Program-made: the position numbers and the translations under genes | Part shown: piece by piece, positions 58,101-64,000 of the stretch | Numbering within the stretch: the stretch's first letter is position 1 | Layout: each line of letters starts with the position of its first letter | Notes under the pieces: model-generated | Database searches by the model: none | What the model saw: only the letters and a program-made list of their open reading frames with translations | Told to the model about the DNA's origin: nothing | NCBI GenBank assembly: GCA_048128005.1 | Contig: JBEUKZ010000093.1 | Location: forward strand, 496,001-560,000 | DNA from: Veleropilina oligotropha | Lineage: Eukaryota | Length of the DNA: 64,000 bases | Reading direction: 5' to 3'

Positions 58101-61100
58101 TATTCTGCTTTCTTCGGCAGACGTTGATGGCATCTTTATAATGGTCTTCAACAAGGTTTATTTCCATGTTCAATCACATTTTGTACCTGGAAAATTAATA
58201 AAGCATGTTTTTATTCAAACAAATGTAAATTCATGAATTTTGTGCAGACAAGCATTTGTGCCATATCATCCCTATTGCTGTTACATCAAAGACCTTTCTA
58301 AGAGCCTCGCCATATTCACTTGGAATTTTTTTTAGCCCCAGACAGTTAACATAAAGTCTCCAGATGCAAACCCTGTGACTACGACGAAGCAGCTCAACTT
58401 GTCTGTGACGGAGTTGGACGCGTTCATGTGTTTGAAAGACCTGTGGAGTGTCATATGTTACACTGCACATAAGCAGGCGACACAAAATTCATGGACACTG
58501 ACACACGAAGCCGGTATTTAAACCAACATACACAACAACTCAATCATAAGTATATGGTTATGTTGTACAATAACTGTTGTTACGTAATAACTTTAAATTA
58601 ACTATTGCCCGTATTTTCGTGAATGTTTAGCATGACTGAATAGCCGCTAACATATAAAATGAATCTGACGCACGTTTCGCACAGATTGATACAAATTTTG
58701 CGAAGATGTGATCGATATATGATCAAATGACAGATTATTATTGAAATTATTATTGTGACCGGGCAATATTTATTATTGTCAAATAGAAAGGTATCTTATT
58801 TGACGAGCAGAAACCTACGCAACTTTGCTCCAACTAGGTCAATTGTAAATTTCACACAGTGAAAGGTAATTAATTGGGGATCGCTTTTAATTATTTTTAA
58901 ATCTTCATTAGTGATTTATTTAGATGGTAGCGAATTACTGACGAATGTCAAGTGTTGAAAATTCCTAACTTTTTATGCTGTAAACAAAATGTGCAATGCG
59001 GTTAGCATTCTTGTCAAAGAAAAAAGAGAGCATATACGGGCAATAGTCTACTTCATATTGCTTGGAAGATATATGACGATATTTAAATGCAGTCAATTGT
59101 AGATTGGATTGGATCGATGCTTATTTTCCAGTATATTTACAACATTCAGGTTCAAACCATGACATGTTCATATTATCGCGCGAGGCCAGCCCGGGAAACC
59201 GCTCTCTCTAGTTAGATACGGACAACTACGATTGATAACTGAACAAAGAAATGCCATTACCCCAACCGACATTCGAAGCCACTCCTGTTAGTTAGCGTGA
59301 TAGTCTAGAACCTATTCATAATGGATATTAAACTCCAATTCAAAGAATTCTTACCAAGGCCACGACGTCTTCTGGGCTCAGTGAAAGTTGCTGCCTCATG
59401 ATGATCGGTGACTTAGTGGTCATGGATGATGAAACAGTGGAATCTACAATGAAATATTTTGGACGATAAAGCCACCTGAAATTTGGTTCTTGCAAATTAA
59501 AAGAATTACTTGAACTTTACTTTTATAGCAAATTCAACATTTGTACCATACCACTCCATCGCCAAAGTCACGTGGAAAATTTGTTAGCTCCGGACAGTCA
59601 TGGACCACTGTGACTGTTAACTTAAATGATAAACTAGCGAATCCTCGACCCAACAAGTCAAGGGGATGTATCCCCTCCCACGGTAGCTAAAATCAATAGG
59701 CACAGTCATCATCATACCAAATCGGATTAGAACTTTTCACTGTAGATCGCCGCAAGAAATATATCAAATAAAATGGCTGCCGCGACGGCCATATTTGATC
59801 ATGAAACAAACGGAAATCGTTAAGCGGTGTGTCCTCATCTTAACTAACGTGCTTATCAAATTTCAATCATATCGGAAAATAACTTTTCACTGAATAGGGC
59901 GCAAAAGAAATCTCTTCAAATAAAATGGCCGCTGTGGCGACCATCTTGGATCTGAAATCAACGGAAATCATTAGGTGGCGTGTCCTCATCATAACTAACA
60001 TGCATATCAAATTTGAATCAAATCGGATAATAACTTTTCACTGTAAAGCGAGCACAAGAAATCTAATCAACAAAAATGGCCGCTAAGGCAGCCATATTGG
60101 ATCCGAAAACGACGAAAATATTTAGGTGGCATGTCCTCATCACAACTAAAGCGCATACCAAATATGAATCAAATCGGATAATAACTTTTTACTGTAGAGC
60201 GCGCATACGAAATTTCGTCAAACAAAATGGCCACCATGGCGACCATCTAGGATCCGAAAACGACGTAAATCTTCAGGCGGCATGTACTCATCATAACGAA
60301 CGCACATATCAAATATGAATCAAATCGGATAACTTTTCACTGTATAGCGCACACAGTAAATCTCTCCAAACAAAATGGCCGCCACGGTGGCCATCTTGGA
60401 TCCAAAAACGACGAAAATCGTTAGGTGGCATGTCCTCGTCATAACTGACGTGCATATCAAATTTGATTAGAACCTTTCACTGTAGAGCGCGCACAAGAAA
60501 TCTCTGCGGCGGGTCGCGAGCGCTGCGGGGGATGAACGATGCATAAACCGTACTATCCCCGAAATGATAAATTTTCGGGGATACAATTATATTGCCTCAC
60601 AGATGTGTCTGTAAGTTGTTTATCGGTTGAGGTGTTCGACACAACTGTGCACGATACTATTGTCATGTTCCAATGTGACCATTAACGTTAATACAAGAAA
60701 TACAATTTAATTAAAAGAAATCTTACCAAGGATACAACGACTTCTGGGTTCAGCAGCAGTTGCTGTCTCTGGATGATTGGCGACTTTTCTCTTCTTACTC
60801 TTAGTGGCCATGGCCGATGATACAGTGGACTACAATGGAATATTTGGACATATTAACACGAAGCCAAGTGTCGAGAAAATATTCCCAGCAGGTTGGGAGG
60901 AGTAGTCCGGACAAGTTAATTAAAGACAATGTTTAGAAGTCCAGACGTCACTTATGTCAAGGACATACGGGGCAAATTTGTCACTGTTGCACAACTACAT
61001 GATATAGTGATCATGTATGCCAAGTGTCGATGAAACATTCCCAGCAGGTTGGGAAGAGGAGTCCGGACAAGTTAATAACAGACCATGTTTAGAAGTTCAG

Positions 61101-62062
61101 AGGTCACTCTGTCAAGGTCAATAGTCATACCGGAAACATTTGTCGTCGTTGCACAACTACATGATGTAGTGAGCATGTGTGCCAAGTGTCAGTGAAATAT
61201 TCCCAGCAGGTTGGGAGGAGTAGTACAGACTAGTTAATAGTGAGAAAGTAGGCCACGTATCGCTGAAATATACCCAGCAGGTTGGGAGGAGTAGCCCGGA
61301 CAATTAAGTTAAAAACAGACAATGTTTTGAAGTCCAGAGGTCATTATGTCAAGGTCAAAGATCGTACCGGGAAAATTTGTCGCCGCTGCACAACCACATG
61401 ATGTATTGATCATGCATGCCAAGTTTCGATGAAATATTCCCAGCAGGTTGGAAAGAGTAGTCCGGACAAGTCAATAAAAGACAATGTTTAGAAGTCCAGA
61501 GGTCGCTCTGTCGAGGTCAATGGGCATACGGGGAAAATTTGTCACCGTTGCACAACTACATGATGTAGTCAGAAAGTAGGCCAAGAATCGATGAAATATT
61601 TCCAGCAGGTTGGGAGGAGTAGTCCGGACAGGTTAAAAACAGACAATTTTTTGAAGTACAAAGGTCACTCTGTCAAGGTCAAAGCTCGTACCTGGAAAAT
61701 TTGTCGCCGTTGCACAACTACATGATGTATTGATCATGTATGACAAGTGTTGATGAAATATTTCCAACCTGCTGGACAAGTCAATAACAGACAATGTTTA
61801 GAAGTCCAGAGGTCACTATGTCAAGGTCAATGGTGATACCGGGAAAATTTGTCGCGCAATTGAAATATATCTCTAGACACTGGAGAAAATATTTGGTAGG
61901 CCAAGGAAGGATCTCCATGAAATACTACAATAAAGGAAAGTAAAAGATAATGAAATAGTTAACACCCTTTAGTTTCATACCAGGACATGTTCAAGAATTA
62001 CACTGGTCAGAGGCCACAATTAAATTTCACTGCCAGATTTCTAGGTTCCACGAATAAAAAAA

Positions 62063-62234
62063 CTAGAAATGTGTCCATCGGACACGAATGCCCCCACTGG
62101 CAGCCTTGTCAATCCATGAAGGCAAATAGAAGTTATAGCAGATTGGAGTTGCTTACACGCAAATACTGGTTTCGGGACGGACGGGACGGACAAGAGTAAA
62201 TCTAAATGCCACCCCAATAAATTGGTGGTGGCAT
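62063..62234 (+). mobile_element. Short (~172 bp) Helentron/HINE-like insertion
   Basis: Present in unit 2 and absent at the equivalent A-run of unit 1 (~52246-52254). It starts (AA)CTAGA, contains (GGAC) repeats and ends in the hairpin ATGCCACC...GGTGGCAT. Confidence 0.75.
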
Positions 62235-64000
62235 AAAAACGTAATTGAAGGATAACTATAAACACTGCAAAGAACATTTCATAGGCCAAAGAAGGACAAT
62301 AACTCATAGATTATACCATATGATATGTAAATTGGTCATCAGTATTCATGAGGTCGGAACACATACATATGCATGATAATATGGGCATGTTCCAATGTTA
62401 CTGTAACTCTTAATACAGGCTGAAAACATACAAGAAAGATATCGTAATAAGGACCTGGTGAATTTTGGGTTCCGCAACAGCAACTGGATCATGATGATTA
62501 GTGACTTCTCTCCTCTTAATCTTTGTGGCCATGGACGATGAAACAGTGGAATCTACAAGAGGACACTTACATTGATAAACACATTTCAATTTTGATTATT
62601 GTAACACAACTTTCTCAAATTTACAGAACATGCACGTGGCCAACAGATATACAGTATATGTATCAACATTCAACCCAAGACTTCCAAGCAGATGCCCAAA
62701 TAGATGTAACTGCAGGGTTCAAGTTCGAACAATTAGAAATATGTATTAACATTCAACCCAAGAATTCCAAGCAGTCTGCCCAAATAGAAAACTATAGACA
62801 CCACATAAAATAATATAGGCCCAAGAAGGATCTCCATGAAATACTGCAAGACAGTGAAATGTACTTTAGCTAAATCATACCAGGACATGTTTGCATTATT
62901 GTGTGACGAAAGCCACGTATGAATTAAAAGTAAAGGTATGCTGGAGAGTATTTATATTTTTATCTTTTCAAAATTCAGTATTTTGGCATGAATATATTTT
63001 ATAGGACCTTAGGTGAATGAAGTAAGTTGAAATTGGCAATAACACAAATTCTGGCACATAAGCGGTCACAAAATAAAATAATAGCCTGAATATGACTGTA
63101 AAACATGTTATTAAGTGAATATATCTTGTGGTTCGTTCAGAATACTCCACATTTCGCGAAAATATAATCGATATATGATCAAATGATAGACTTTTATAGA
63201 AATTATTATTGTAACTGGGCAATATACATTATTGTCAAGTAGAAAGCTATCTTACTTGACAAACAGAAACCTACGCAACTGTGCTCCAACTATGTCAATT
63301 GGAAATGTCACTCGGTGCAAGGTAATTCAACGCGAACTTTCAGGTAAAACTGCACAGGAAATAGTTTAAGATAATTTGTCAGTTCAATCACACAGAGACA
63401 TATTTTCGCCTGACGGTATTGATATAAAATAAAAGTATCAATTCATACATAGAAATTAGAAAAATGATTCATGTAATATGCGTAATGTTTATTTTTAATC
63501 GTACCTGTATCGGGTCCCCTGTATCATCGTCAGAGTCTTTGCGCCATGATGATCCTGAACTCTCGAACGTGTCAGAAAGGCCACTTGCATAGTCGTACTG
63601 TAATGTCAGACAAGTATACATTTAATTAACTTGAGTATATTATTATTAAGTTATGTCACGTATTATATATATTATATTATGGTGGTTTTAATTGGCTAAT
63701 GCATATTCCAATATAATGTAGAACATGGCAATGTTACATTATTGACAGGTTACAAATTGGATTCATTTAATATCAATAAAGTTAAAGAGCATATATAAAA
63801 GTTTATAATGTACTTCTATCTCATAAACTTGTGTTTATTAACTCTACATTTAAACACTACTGTCCAACATCCTATGTCAATCAAACTTATCATCGGTCTT
63901 ATGAAGGTCATTTATGAGCAAATTATCTCCCTTGAACATAACATTGCGGATCCTTAAAGTAAACATTAGAAATAATATATTCACCAAAATTATGCTGTTT

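Overview
Eukaryotic, AT-rich and repeat-rich DNA; the repeat families tentatively suggest a marine invertebrate such as a mollusc. The window holds two copies of a GC-richer, gene-dense, apparently intron-less Polinton/Maverick-like endogenous virus. Copy 2 (27154-43056, 15.9 kb) looks intact. It has ~290-bp terminal inverted repeats with 5'-AGCAGCAG...CTGCTGCT-3' ends, a 5-bp TATGT target-site duplication, an rve integrase, an A32-like packaging ATPase, putative major and minor capsid proteins, several small membrane proteins and a secreted Cys-rich protein. Its ~1277-aa replication protein is unusual: putative terminal-protein region, OTU-like protease, compact divergent PolB with no visible exonuclease motifs, SF1 helicase and C-terminal HNH nuclease in one frame. 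No adenain-type protease gene is evident. Copy 2 sits in a tandem array of 287/288-bp tRNA-derived units bracketed by inverted (TATG)n/(CATA)n microsatellites. Copy 1 (~9232-21458) is an inverted, diverged, one-end-truncated and pseudogenised relative. The remainder is a decayed LINE 3' end, minisatellites, MITEs, Helentron-type repeats and a ~9.9-kb tandem duplication (45251 onward) with exon-like pieces of an unidentified minus-strand gene. All protein assignments come from reading motifs by eye; no database searches were run.
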